Sequence record: DRR378314_1381
Reading direction: 5' to 3' (one strand)
DNA: 47,829 nt
How positions within the stretch are numbered: the stretch's first letter is position 1; each line of letters starts with the position of its first letter. This document shows, piece after piece, positions 9,339 through 18,046 of the stretch. The notes under the pieces were generated by a model, which had not been told where the DNA came from, did no database searches, and was given only the letters and a program-made list of their open reading frames with translations. A program made the translations under genes and the position numbers.

Positions 9339-10738
9339 GATGTGCCTAACTTTCTGGGAAAGAGTGTCATAGAAACGGTGGTGCCCTCACCCGGTCTCGA
9401 TGCGACTTCGAACCTGCCGCCAATACTCTCGACCCGATCCCGCAAGCCCATAAGCCCCTGGCCACCATCGTCTCGCAACGCGGTTTCTTCTGACCTGTCA
9501 AAACCAGGTCCGTCGTCTTTGACCTTTATAACTATGCGGTCGTTCTGCGCCTCAGAACTAACGGTGCACTTGGAAGCTGGAGCATATCTCGCGGCATTGG
9601 AAAGCGTCTCCTGAAGGAACCGAAAAACGCACAGCTTGTCGGACAATGACAACTCTGGGGCCTGGCTACCCAAAAGTGAAATATCCGGTCGCAACGGGCT
9701 GTGTTCGACGTGATCCTCTACGGCTCTCTTCACAACATCGACGAGTGACAAGCTGTCGATATCTGGCGCAGAAAGCCCTCGCGATATTGCACGAATTTCA
9801 GCCAGAGATTTTTGCAAAGACTGCTGAATTTCCTCTGCCTCTTTAGAACTTTCGGACTCTTTGGAAAACGCCGCCTCCAGTCTAAGGGCGGCGAGCGACA
9901 GGTATTGCGCAGGACCATCATGTAGCTCGGCACCGAGATTTTTGAGGAACCGATCTGTTTGCGTGGCATATCTTTCTGACGCATCTACTACACGCGACCG
10001 CAGCCGGGCATTCTGCTCGGCCATCCTCTCACTTTCTGTCAGGCGCTGTTTAAGAAGAGCCCCCTGTCGTCGAATAGTTTTGTCGCCAATTGCGACAATG
10101 GAATACAGAACAATAGTACTTGTCAGAAATGCGGAACCGACAACCAACCAACTTGTTCGCCTGGCCTTGGCTAAGTCTAACTCAAGCTGATCAGCTCTTT
10201 CGTAGAACTCCGCAACTGCGATGATTTCGCCGGACCAGAGTTCGCGGATGGGACTGTAAACTTCAAGTAGTGGTATCCCCAATGCCGCCTCGGCGGCGCT
10301 CTCGGCATGATCAAGCTCTTCGAAAGAGCCGGAGATATCACCGCTCCACGCCCGCCTTAAGTCATCCGTTGGATTGAAGCGGTTTCCAATGATTTCTGTA
10401 TCCGAGGCATGTGCAATCACCCCGCCTTGCTTCCAGAATTTGTAGGAGACGATGCGGTCCCGCATTGGCTGCGTCATAAAAATCTCGTCCAGCGCTCGGC
10501 TCGCCTGCTCAGAAAGGTGATCGCCATGTGCCAATTCCTGGCTGAGCGGGGACACTACGCTTTCCATATATAGCGCCGCAGAGTTTGCGGAGTTTTGCAC
10601 AACTGCGTTCTGGATTCGATTTGACACCCAGACCCCGACTATTGCGGTAGCAGTGCCCATCACGAAAATGCTGGCCGCAAGAAACACTCGCGACAACGAC
10701 CAATTTCCAATCGTCCGGTCAGTTATTTTCGCTCTCAT
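9335..10738 (-). CDS. Sensor histidine kinase (HisKA_3/NarX-like)
   Basis: Two TM segments, ELHDGPAQ H-box, QETLSNAARYA, DDGPGF, GQGLMGLRDRVESIGG. Confidence 0.95.
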   Translation of the reverse strand: MRAKITDRTIGNWSLSRVFLAASIFVMGTATAIVGVWVSNRIQNAVVQNSANSAALYMESVVSPLSQELAHGDHLSEQASRALDEIFMTQPMRDRIVSYKFWKQGGVIAHASDTEIIGNRFNPTDDLRRAWSGDISGSFEELDHAESAAEAALGIPLLEVYSPIRELWSGEIIAVAEFYERADQLELDLAKARRTSWLVVGSAFLTSTIVLYSIVAIGDKTIRRQGALLKQRLTESERMAEQNARLRSRVVDASERYATQTDRFLKNLGAELHDGPAQYLSLAALRLEAAFSKESESSKEAEEIQQSLQKSLAEIRAISRGLSAPDIDSLSLVDVVKRAVEDHVEHSPLRPDISLLGSQAPELSLSDKLCVFRFLQETLSNAARYAPASKCTVSSEAQNDRIVIKVKDDGPGFDRSEETALRDDGGQGLMGLRDRVESIGGRFEVASRPGEGTTVSMTLFPRKLGTS

Positions 10739-10776
10739 CGTGAAATCGACTATGAACTACAATCTGTTATCGCACC

Positions 10777-10792
10777 ACAGACCTTGGTCTGA
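10777..10792. promoter_or_regulatory. 7-2-7 palindrome ACAGACC-TT-GGTCTGA upstream of the kinase gene
   Basis: Perfect CAGACC/GGTCTG inverted repeat with NarL-like spacing; further TCAGACC half-site at 10810. Confidence 0.5.
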
Positions 10793-10841
10793 CGTGATTT
10801 GGCTAAATCTCAGACCCTGAGCTTCGATCCAGTGGTCAGAG

Positions 10842-11240
10842 TCAGATATCATCCATGGTTCTCAATCTTTGCAGCATCGGGCATTGAACGTTTCCGCTAT
10901 CACAATTGGCCGTAAGCTCACTCAAGGCGTGCTCCAGGCGTCTGAGCTCACTAATCTTGCTTCGAACGCTGGCAATGTGTGCCTCGGCCAGTTCTTTCAC
11001 TGACCGGCAGTCTTCGGCACTTCCTTCTGACAGCTCCCAAAGCGCCTTTGCGTCAGATAGAGGAAACCCCAGGTCGCGGCATTTCTTCAAAAACCGAAGT
11101 CTACCCACATCGTTTGCTGAATAGAGGCGACGATTGTTCAGAGCTCGTGCGGGTCTTGGTACGATACCTTCGCGTTCGTAATAGCGGATGGTTTCTATTC
11201 CGACCCCGGATTGCCGCGAGGCCTCACCTATCGCAATCAT
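10842..11240 (-). CDS. MerR family metal-responsive regulator
   Basis: IGEASRQSGVGIETIRYYEREG HTH; three Cys at MerR-equivalent positions (EDC, ANC, VQCP). Confidence 0.93.
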   Translation of the reverse strand: MIAIGEASRQSGVGIETIRYYEREGIVPRPARALNNRRLYSANDVGRLRFLKKCRDLGFPLSDAKALWELSEGSAEDCRSVKELAEAHIASVRSKISELRRLEHALSELTANCDSGNVQCPMLQRLRTMDDI

Positions 11241-11255
11241 GTGAAGCGCTCCCTC

Positions 11256-11286
11256 TTGATCCTGTAGTTGCTACAGGAGTTATACG
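11256..11286 (+). promoter_or_regulatory. MerR-type promoter/operator
   Basis: -35 TTGATC, 19-bp spacer, -10 TATACG; dyad TCCTGTAG-TTG-CTACAGGA at 11260-11278. Confidence 0.9.
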
Positions 11287-11339
11287 CTCTGAATGCCGGT
11301 GCCTCAACACAATCAAATCGAGTACCTCGGGTGCGAAAG

Positions 11340-11663
11340 ATGAAGAAATATTTGAGCCTCAGCTACTTGGGATCGGTTTCCGCTCTGGGGGTTGCAACAT
11401 GCTGTGTCCTTCCAATGGTCATGATGTTGCTAGGCTTGGGCGGCAGTTGGTTGGCGGTATTCGGAAGAATAGCGGCGGCAAGCTACTATGTTCTTGCCAT
11501 CTCAACAGCGCTGGTCGCGGTTTCGTGGTTCGTAGCGCATCGAAACGGGACGTTGGCAAATCTAAAATGGTGGCTTGTTGGAAGCTCAGCGATCACCACG
11601 CTGGCATGGGTCATCGTGTTCAATGAGGCTCAAATCAACGATTATCTAATCATGCAGATGTGA
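11340..11663 (+). CDS. MerT-like mercuric/heavy-metal transporter
   Basis: Three TM helices with ATCCVLP..LLGLGGSWL motif; follows the MerR promoter; start at ATG 11340. Confidence 0.75.
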   Translation: MKKYLSLSYLGSVSALGVATCCVLPMVMMLLGLGGSWLAVFGRIAAASYYVLAISTALVAVSWFVAHRNGTLANLKWWLVGSSAITTLAWVIVFNEAQINDYLIMQM

Positions 11664-11667
11664 GACA

Positions 11668-11886
11668 ATGACAAAACAAACTGTGGTGCTGGATAGCACT
11701 TTGACCTGCCCTGAGTGCGGACACATTGAAACCGAAAAAATGCCAACCGACACGTGCCAGTGGTTTTATGAGTGCAAATCATGCAAGGCAGTCTTGAAGC
11801 CACTAGAAGGCGATTGCTGTGTCTTTTGTTCCTACGCAACTGTCCCATGTCCGCCAATTCAAGACGGCAGTTCGTGCTGCGGTTAG
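11668..11886 (+). CDS. GDCCVxC-domain small Cys-rich protein
   Basis: LTCPECGH..MPTDTCQWFYECKSC..LKPLEGDCCVFCSY..VPCPPIQ; 11 Cys in 72 aa. Confidence 0.88.
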   Translation: MTKQTVVLDSTLTCPECGHIETEKMPTDTCQWFYECKSCKAVLKPLEGDCCVFCSYATVPCPPIQDGSSCCG

Positions 11887-11908
11887 AGGCAATGCCATCT
11901 ACTTAAGA

Positions 11909-12325
11909 TCAATGTTCGTGACGGCACAGCTCATGGTCGGCGAGTGAAGCAAGCACGTAGCAGTGCTCTGAAACGCCATCTCCATTACAGCCTTTTGAGA
12001 TCCGGTTCAGCTCTTTCTCAAGTGCGCGGAGCCTTTTGATTTTTGCTCGGACCTCCGAGAGCCGAGCGGTTGCTATGTCGGTTGCCGCTTTGCACGAGCG
12101 ATCCGGATGGCCTTGTAAATCGATCAGTTCAGATATCGCCTCAAGCGAGAACCCAAGGTCACGCGCGTGCTTGATAAAACTAAGGCGTTCCATGCCCGCC
12201 GCATCGTATCGCCGCTGATTGCCTTCGGTGCGTTCTGGCGCACTGAGCAGCCCCATTTCCTCATAGTAACGAATGGTCGGAATCTTGACCTTTGTGCGCT
12301 TGGACAGGTCACCAATCGAAAACAT
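11909..12325 (-). CDS. MerR family regulator (CadR/ZntR-like)
   Basis: MFSIGDLSKRTKVKIPTIRYYEEMGLL HTH; RSC, GC..HC Cys set; His-rich tail DHELCRHEH. Confidence 0.93.
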   Translation of the reverse strand: MFSIGDLSKRTKVKIPTIRYYEEMGLLSAPERTEGNQRRYDAAGMERLSFIKHARDLGFSLEAISELIDLQGHPDRSCKAATDIATARLSEVRAKIKRLRALEKELNRISKGCNGDGVSEHCYVLASLADHELCRHEH

Positions 12326-12336
12326 CGAAGTACCTC

Positions 12337-12367
12337 TTGAACCTCTAGTCACTAGAGATACTACACT
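12337..12367 (+). promoter_or_regulatory. MerR-type promoter/operator
   Basis: -35 TTGAAC, 19-bp spacer with dyad CTCTAGT-C-ACTAGAG (12343-12357), -10 TACACT. Confidence 0.9.
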
Positions 12368-12398
12368 ATACGAAAGACAGATTCAAAGAGACCTCCCT

Positions 12399-12832
12399 AT
12401 GTCAGGATGTTGCGGACATGACGTCAAGTTCGATGGCGTTTCAGATGATTACAAAAGGCGATTGTGGATCGTCATTGCTCTTAATGCCACGATGTTCGTG
12501 GTCGAGATGACCGCTGGGCACTATGCGAAATCTCAGGCACTTCAGGCCGACGCACTCGACTTCTTGGGAGATGCCCTGACCTACGGTATTTCTTTGGCTG
12601 TCATTGGCGCTTCAATCCGTGCACGCACAAATGCTGCCTTGGCCAAAGGCCTCAGCCTCTTTCTGATGGGTTCATGTGTGTTCGGATCGATAGTTTATCG
12701 CGTGTTCTATGTCGGAGTTCCTGAGGCTGAAATCATGCGGGTGGTGGGGTTCCTTGCTCTGCTTACAAACCTAGCCAGCGTTCTTCTACTCGTCAGATAC
12801 AAAGATGGAGACGCGAATGTCCGCTCTGTCTG
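12399..12832 (+). pseudogene. CDF/CzcD-like cation transporter, 3' part lost at IS30 insertion
   Basis: MSGCCGHD..LWIVIALNATMFVVEM..SQALQADALDFLGD..DGDANVRSV, then abrupt switch to IS sequence; the expected WLCSRND continuation is absent. Confidence 0.85.
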
Positions 12833-13910
12833 TGTGGTTTCAACTGATCGCCGCAACACAGGTTTCAAATTTCTCTGCTGGTGTTTGGTATTGCAAGGTT
12901 TTTCGAGATCGCTCGTTAAGCTGGCGCGCAACGGCGCTGAGTTTGGCCTGGCTAAAGCCTGATATGTCAGTGCATTTGGGGAAGTATTGGCGAAGCAACC
13001 GGTTGGTATTTTCATTGCTACCGAGTTGCCAAGGTGACTGCGGATCACAAAAATAGACATTAATCTTTGTCGCCATGGTGAACGTCACGTGTCCTGCCAT
13101 CTCAGAGCCACGGTCCCATGTCAGTGATCGGTACAGCTCTTTGGGCAACTTGCGGGCCTGCTTGATCAGGGCCGTGATAAACTTTGGGTGTCCTTGTTCT
13201 CGACTTTGGCCAACATCACAAACCGGGAATGGCGCTCCACGAGTGTGGCGATGTAGCTGTTGTTGGACCCCACGATCAGGTCGCCCTCCCAGTGCCCCGG
13301 CACGGCCCGATCCTCGACCTCTGGAGGGCGCTCGCTGATCGGGATCGCGTTCTTGATCTTGCGCAGTTTCAACCCTTTCTGAGTTGCGTGCCGTGACCGC
13401 CTGATGGCACGCGGGCTGCGCAAGCACTCCAGCAATTCCTTCTTTAGGACCCCACGGGTCTGCACATAAAGGCAGCGATAGATCGTCTCGTGGGACACGC
13501 GATGCTGCTCCTCGTCGGGATGTTTCCGCTTGAGCCAACCAGCAATCTGCTGCGGCGACCATTTCCGACGCAGCTTGCGTGCAATCAGGTGGCACAATGG
13601 ATCATTGAACGAGAGTTTACATGATTTGGGACGCGTTGCGCAGTCCCAGGCCCGCTGATCCGAGCGCGCCGTGCGATAGGCCTGACGCCCACCATTTCTG
13701 CGAACCTCTCGGCTGATCGTTGAAGGCGACCGGTTCAGGCTCTTGGCGATAGACCGCAACGACCGCTCTGAAACCAAGCCGCGAGATATCTCCTCCCGCT
13801 CCGTCAGGCTCAAAGCAAATCGCGACCTCTTACGGCGGCGGGCCGGATCCCGCCAAACAGAGCCAAATGCGGAATGATCGAAGACGATGCACGATTGAAA
13901 TGCCGTCCAA
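12833..13910 (-). mobile_element. IS30-family element remnant (one end retained, 5' end deleted, transposase frameshifted)
   Basis: LSLTEREEISRGL, WSPQQIAGWL, VSHETIY, PGHWEGDLI, then in another frame SLTWDRGSEMA, YFCDPQSPWQLGSNENTN; frameshifts near 13180 and 13840; stop codon lies inside the terminal sequence TGTGGTTTCAACTGATCGCCGCAACAC. Confidence 0.9.
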
Positions 13911-13964
13911 AGCGGACATTCGTAACAAGGCTTTGCAGTTCCGGCTTCGGACTATAAGCCGTCA
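13907..13964 (+). repeat. Module-boundary repeat (copy 2)
   Basis: CCAAAGCGGACATTCG...TTCCGGCTTCGGACTATAAGCCGTCA; abuts the IS30 truncation on one side and contains the copD stop on the other. Confidence 0.65.
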
Positions 13965-14840
13965 GAGATTGATGGGAGGTGTCGACACACTGGTTAGCGT
14001 CGCCGTTGCAAACAGGATCAGGACAACAGCCAACATCTCCATTGAAATCGACCGCCGGAGAGCAATTTCCGCGCCACGCTTCTCAGCCCTGAGAGCAGGA
14101 ACAAACCTCAGCTTGTTCAGCGCCGCGAGGCCAAGAAGGGCAGAAACGATCACGACTTTGACCAAAAGCCCCAATCCATAGGCCGTTCCGAACAAGGCGG
14201 CCACAGTGCCCGAAAGCAGCCACGCGAGCGCCGCGCCTGCAACAATCAGGACGGCAACTCCATAAGCAGCGACACTGCCAAAGTGGTGCAGTAGATCGGC
14301 CCTATTGGGAGTGAGCGCCGCTTTGCGCAAAGGCAGGAGAGCACCGACCCAAAACGCGGCAGCCAGCAGATGAAGAACCAGCAAGACAGCGAGAGCCGCT
14401 CTAGGCTCTCCGAGCGAGTGTCCCACCTGGGCAAATGAAATCGCGATGGCGAGGCTACCCGCCAAAGCGATCCACTGCCCGACGCGGGGAAGCAGGATTG
14501 CCAATATCGCGAGTTCACCCACTCCTCGCCAAATCGCGGCGGTGCCAAGCGGACTATCCCAAACAAAACCAAGCATCATTGGGTCCGTCGCGCCCTCAAA
14601 GCCCATCCCGGATATCCGCGCTGCTCTGATGCCGAAGCGTAAAGCCAGTACGGCGAGACCGACAATCGCAGCTCCGACCGCGAGGTGCCGTGCAAGGCGT
14701 AGAACAGACTCTTCAGCGCGCTTGTCAAAGAGGACCGTGAACAGGACGCCACCCATCGCCAGCAACACCAATCCGTAGCCAAGTGCTTTCGCCAAAATGG
14801 CCAAGACGACAACACCGTCAATGGGGGCCAGTCCAGTCAT
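13962..14840 (-). CDS. copD: Copper resistance protein CopD
   Basis: Multi-TM; GHS, HLLAAAFWVGAL, GTAYGLGLLVK..LAALNKLRFVP; coupled to copC. Confidence 0.9.
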   Translation of the reverse strand: MTGLAPIDGVVVLAILAKALGYGLVLLAMGGVLFTVLFDKRAEESVLRLARHLAVGAAIVGLAVLALRFGIRAARISGMGFEGATDPMMLGFVWDSPLGTAAIWRGVGELAILAILLPRVGQWIALAGSLAIAISFAQVGHSLGEPRAALAVLLVLHLLAAAFWVGALLPLRKAALTPNRADLLHHFGSVAAYGVAVLIVAGAALAWLLSGTVAALFGTAYGLGLLVKVVIVSALLGLAALNKLRFVPALRAEKRGAEIALRRSISMEMLAVVLILFATATLTSVSTPPINL

Positions 14841-15181
14841 TTAGCGACTGTGAAAGAGAAGCTGCCCTGCATCGGGTGACCGTCGGAAGCCATACCGCGC
14901 CAGTCGAAGCGGTAGCTTCCGGGTGCAAGCTCTTCCAACGGCACAGCCCGGAATTCTGTAGCGGGGTCCATACCCGTTTCGCGGTCAATTTCGACGTCGC
15001 CATCTGGTGAGGTCAGCGTGACCGAGATGATGCGCATCGGATCATCGAACCGCATGGTAAGCTCCGGCACGTCCGTTACAGTCGCGCCGTCAGCCGGCGT
15101 CGTTTCTTCGGACTTGGAATGCGCGGCCGCAAGTATTGGAGCCATTGCTACGACCAAGCCGATAAGAGTTTGTTTGATCAT
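14837..15181 (-). CDS. copC: Periplasmic copper-binding protein CopC
   Basis: Signal peptide ending AAA-H, TTPADGATV, LAPGSYRFDWR, DGHPMQGSFSF. Confidence 0.92.
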   Translation of the reverse strand: MIKQTLIGLVVAMAPILAAAHSKSEETTPADGATVTDVPELTMRFDDPMRIISVTLTSPDGDVEIDRETGMDPATEFRAVPLEELAPGSYRFDWRGMASDGHPMQGSFSFTVAK

Positions 15182-15193
15182 CTGAGTTTTCCT

Positions 15194-15658
15194 CTATTCG
15201 GATTGGGCATTCAGCTCGTCGTGGTATTCACGAAGATCATTTGGCCAGGTTGACTTGATATAAGAAAGGACCGCTATGATTTCGTCATCGCTGAGCACAC
15301 CTTCATAGACCGGCATACCGGTTGGGGGCGCATTTTCCATCAGTCCGGCCAGGCCAAATTTGGTCAAGGTGAAGAGCGTTTCATCATCGTGGTGCCACGT
15401 ATGCCCTGTGGTGTCATGCGGTGGTGCTGGTAGCAAACCATCCTCGCCGCGTTTCCGCCAGTTTGGCTGTCCTTCAAGGTTCTCACCGTGGCAGGCAGCA
15501 CATTGGTCCGCGTAAATATCTTGGCCAATGGCGACAAATTCCGCGTCATCAGGTGTTAAAAGACCGACCGCTTCAGAGGCTTGGGCCAGAACGAACGCTA
15601 CGGAGAAACCGGCGAGCGCAAGCCCACCGATAACCAAGAGTGTTGTGCGCCCTACCAT
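15194..15658 (-). CDS. Monoheme cytochrome c of copper-resistance clusters
   Basis: CAACHG, LPAPPHDTTGHTWHH, GMPVY..LSDDEIIAVLSYIKSTWP. Confidence 0.9.
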   Translation of the reverse strand: MVGRTTLLVIGGLALAGFSVAFVLAQASEAVGLLTPDDAEFVAIGQDIYADQCAACHGENLEGQPNWRKRGEDGLLPAPPHDTTGHTWHHDDETLFTLTKFGLAGLMENAPPTGMPVYEGVLSDDEIIAVLSYIKSTWPNDLREYHDELNAQSE

Positions 15659-16125
15659 CAGGTGTCGAACGGCTGAGCTGTGCCCGCGCGGTAGTACACC
15701 GTTCCGGTCCCAGCCTCTCCCCCAAATGCGATGACGTCGTAGCGGGCGGACGGATTGTCGCCCATACCAGGAGAGCCCATTGGCATGCCAGGAACAGCTA
15801 GCCCTGTGATGTCAGGTCGATCCTTCAACACGGCTTCCAGTGCTTCGAACGGCACATGGCCTTCAAAGACATAACCATCGGCTTCAATGGTGTGACAGGA
15901 TGCGAGGTTCAGCGGGATACCCCGCGCTGACTTCTGTGCCTCGGGGTCTGTCAGTTCCTCAACGGTGACGGCGTAGCCACGTGCGCGAGCCAAGTCGGCC
16001 CATGGGTGACAGCATCCGCAACCTGGTGAACTGAGCACGTGGATTGGGGTGCCTGCGCGGACGGGAAGAGCGGTCGCGATGAAAGCAGTTGCGGACAGTG
16101 TGGTGAATTGACGACGTGTGATCAT
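15658..16125 (-). CDS. DUF411 / CopG-like Tat-exported metal-binding protein
   Basis: TRRQF Tat signal, SPGCGCCHPW, LASCHT, FEGHVP, GLAVPGMPMGSPGM. Confidence 0.9.
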   Translation of the reverse strand: MITRRQFTTLSATAFIATALPVRAGTPIHVLSSPGCGCCHPWADLARARGYAVTVEELTDPEAQKSARGIPLNLASCHTIEADGYVFEGHVPFEALEAVLKDRPDITGLAVPGMPMGSPGMGDNPSARYDVIAFGGEAGTGTVYYRAGTAQPFDT

Positions 16126-16183
16126 GTCTGTCGGTCCTTTGATGTGAAATTTGAACGGAATGCGGGCGAGCGCCCGTTGCCAT

Positions 16184-16519
16184 TCAGGCTTTCGGAGGAC
16201 CGGTGGGGACGCCCAATGCGAGGCTCGAAAAAACGGAACCAGCGTGCGTCACACCACCTACTGAGATCACCAATGGAACAATTGGCGAAATCCCCGCCGT
16301 TGCGACAAAATCACCAAAACAGGATGTCGAACCCATGCCGCTAGTGGTGTCGCAACAATCCGCAGCAGCTTTCTCGGCATTAGCCAACGGATCGTCGTCC
16401 GCCATTTGAGCATGATGACCAGAATGATCCGATCCATGGGTCAAGCCATGCTTCACCGACGCTGCGGATGCGCCAGAGAATGCAACAACAAGAAGTATCG
16501 ACAGGACCAAGCGAAACAT
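16184..16519 (-). CDS. Small His/Cys-rich exported protein (CopL-like)
   Basis: Signal peptide, HGSDHSGHH, DCC..SC, C-terminal PTGPPKA; first gene of the cop cluster. Confidence 0.7.
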   Translation of the reverse strand: MFRLVLSILLVVAFSGASAASVKHGLTHGSDHSGHHAQMADDDPLANAEKAAADCCDTTSGMGSTSCFGDFVATAGISPIVPLVISVGGVTHAGSVFSSLALGVPTGPPKA

Positions 16520-16524
16520 ACCAA

Positions 16525-16541
16525 ATACCTACTGGGGGTAT
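16525..16541. promoter_or_regulatory. CsoR/RcnR-type operator
   Basis: ATACC-TACTGGG-GGTAT pseudo-palindrome with G-tract, 6 bp from the start of the cop cluster. Confidence 0.65.
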
Positions 16542-16727
16542 GTTGTTTTGACAAGTTACGAGGATGTTTCGCCATATATATCCTAGTTGCACCCATTTTG
16601 GGTGCGCCACATCTCTGGATCATGCCCGGCTGGAACAGTGGAACATGGATCACCTGAAATTCCGGTAAAACTGAATTTTGACTGACCTGCGTGATAGTCA
16701 GCAACGGCAAGGTCAGCAGGTGGGCGT

Positions 16728-17267
16728 TTAACCCAAGGTGTTTCCGGTGATGAAGGTGTACGAACTTTCGACCAGATCGATGACGACATCCAACTCTTCT
16801 GGTGTGGTCGGTGTATATATCATGACAAAGCCGCTCCACCCAGGACGTTGTTTGGCCCAAGGGTGAGCTACGGCCCAGCCGGCCTCAATTGCCCGTCGGG
16901 CCATTGCGGGGTGCAGCGAAGCGTGCAAACTGCCATCAGGATGCATATGCGCAAACTCAAACCCACCGACGATAGAGCTCGGTTGAGACAGCAGCACGTC
17001 GGGATCAAGCTGAAAACCAACTGCGCCAGGAAGTGATATGCGTGTTGGGCCAAGTGTGACCCCTGGGAATTGCGCAACACGCTCCAGCAATAGCTGGGCC
17101 AATTCGGCACTAATTTCGACACCGATCTGAGTATGCGGTACGCCGCTTGTCGTTTCGGGACGGGGCGAGGTGCGCTCCGGCAAGGAGCGCTCTTGCGCGG
17201 ACGCCATTGAGCACATCAATACCACTACCGTCACAGCAACCGCCAATGTTCTCAGGTGCACATTCAT
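16728..17267 (-). CDS. Secreted luciferase-family (DUF5519 / fungal Luz-like) protein
   Basis: Signal peptide (..SMASA-Q), LPERTSPRPETT..VPHTQ, EFAHMHPDGSLHASL, AIEAGWAVAHPWA, VMIYTPTTPEELDVV; start could be 17279. Confidence 0.7.
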   Translation of the reverse strand: MNVHLRTLAVAVTVVVLMCSMASAQERSLPERTSPRPETTSGVPHTQIGVEISAELAQLLLERVAQFPGVTLGPTRISLPGAVGFQLDPDVLLSQPSSIVGGFEFAHMHPDGSLHASLHPAMARRAIEAGWAVAHPWAKQRPGWSGFVMIYTPTTPEELDVVIDLVESSYTFITGNTLG

Positions 17268-17332
17268 CGTGTTGACCATCTGCCAATCAAAAAGATTGAG
17301 TGCTGAGCGCAGTATCGGCGCCCTTGCACACA

Positions 17333-17923
17333 TCATTCAGCCTTTAACGCTTCGATATTGATCAAGAGCTCTATTTCGTCGCTCACCGCTGGCGCAAATG
17401 CCCCAAGTCCGAATTCAGACCGCACGATAGTCGCCGTGGCAGCCAGCCCCAAGGTCGGCGTGCCCTCTTTTGGGCCAAACGGGTATGGCGCTGACTTGTT
17501 AAGCGTTGTTTCCAGAACAACAGGTTTGGTGTTACCATTCATGGTCAGGTCGCCAGAAATATTCGCGGTATTGTCCCCGGTCACTTCAATGCTGGTTGAA
17601 GTGAATGTGACCACGTCACCGTCGCTCGCGCTGAAGAAGTCTTCAGACATGAAGTGTTGCAGACGGGCATCCCAGCCCGTGATCATGGATTTTACTGGCA
17701 TAGACACTGTGACAGACGACGCGGACGGGTCATCTTCGTTGAACTCTATCTCGCCGCTAAACCCTGAGAACATTCCATACGTTTCTGAGAACCCAATGTG
17801 GTCGTAGCTGAACAATACCTGGCTGTGTCCAGGATCCAGCTCGTAGGTGCCACTCTCGGACAATGCGGTTGTCGCGCTTATCAATAAGAGTACCGCCAGC
17901 GGGGTTGCTGCCAATTTGAACAT
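17333..17923 (-). CDS. YceI family periplasmic lipid/isoprenoid-binding protein
   Basis: YELDPGHSQVLFSYDHIGFSETYGMF, ISGDLTMNGNTKPVVL, IVRSEFGL, INIEA. Confidence 0.93.
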   Translation of the reverse strand: MFKLAATPLAVLLLISATTALSESGTYELDPGHSQVLFSYDHIGFSETYGMFSGFSGEIEFNEDDPSASSVTVSMPVKSMITGWDARLQHFMSEDFFSASDGDVVTFTSTSIEVTGDNTANISGDLTMNGNTKPVVLETTLNKSAPYPFGPKEGTPTLGLAATATIVRSEFGLGAFAPAVSDEIELLINIEALKAE

Positions 17924-17998
17924 TGATACGCTCCCGTTTTGACAAGACTAGTTTGCGGAATTGAGTATTGAGCTTTGGTTTTTACGTGGTCATACTTT

Positions 17999-18035
17999 TA
18001 GAACAAATTGCTCTATTCCGCAACAATATGTTCTA
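17999..18035. promoter_or_regulatory. Tandem TetR operator candidates
   Basis: TAGAACA-AAT-TGCTCTA (17999-18015) and GCAACA-ATA-TGTTCTA (18020-18035) in the divergent yceI/tetR spacer. Confidence 0.55.
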
Positions 18036-18046
18036 TAGGAGGGCGT

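Noticed and set aside
11668-11886. Selenocysteine recoding in the GDCCVxC protein
   Set aside because: No in-frame TGA; all positions are Cys and the stop is TAG.
12814-12825. CGAATGTCCGCT, exact inverse of repeat core 13911-13922, close to the IS30 insertion point
   Set aside because: It encodes the conserved ANVRS motif of the CDF protein, so coincidence is likely; not counted as a repeat copy.
13166-13200. Programmed frameshift in the IS30 transposase
   Set aside because: IS30 elements use a single ORF; a second frameshift, substitutions in conserved motifs and the lost 5' end indicate decay.
16589-16605. Palindrome GCACCCA-TTT-TGGGTGC
   Set aside because: Single copy with no U tract or assignable regulator; function cannot be supported.
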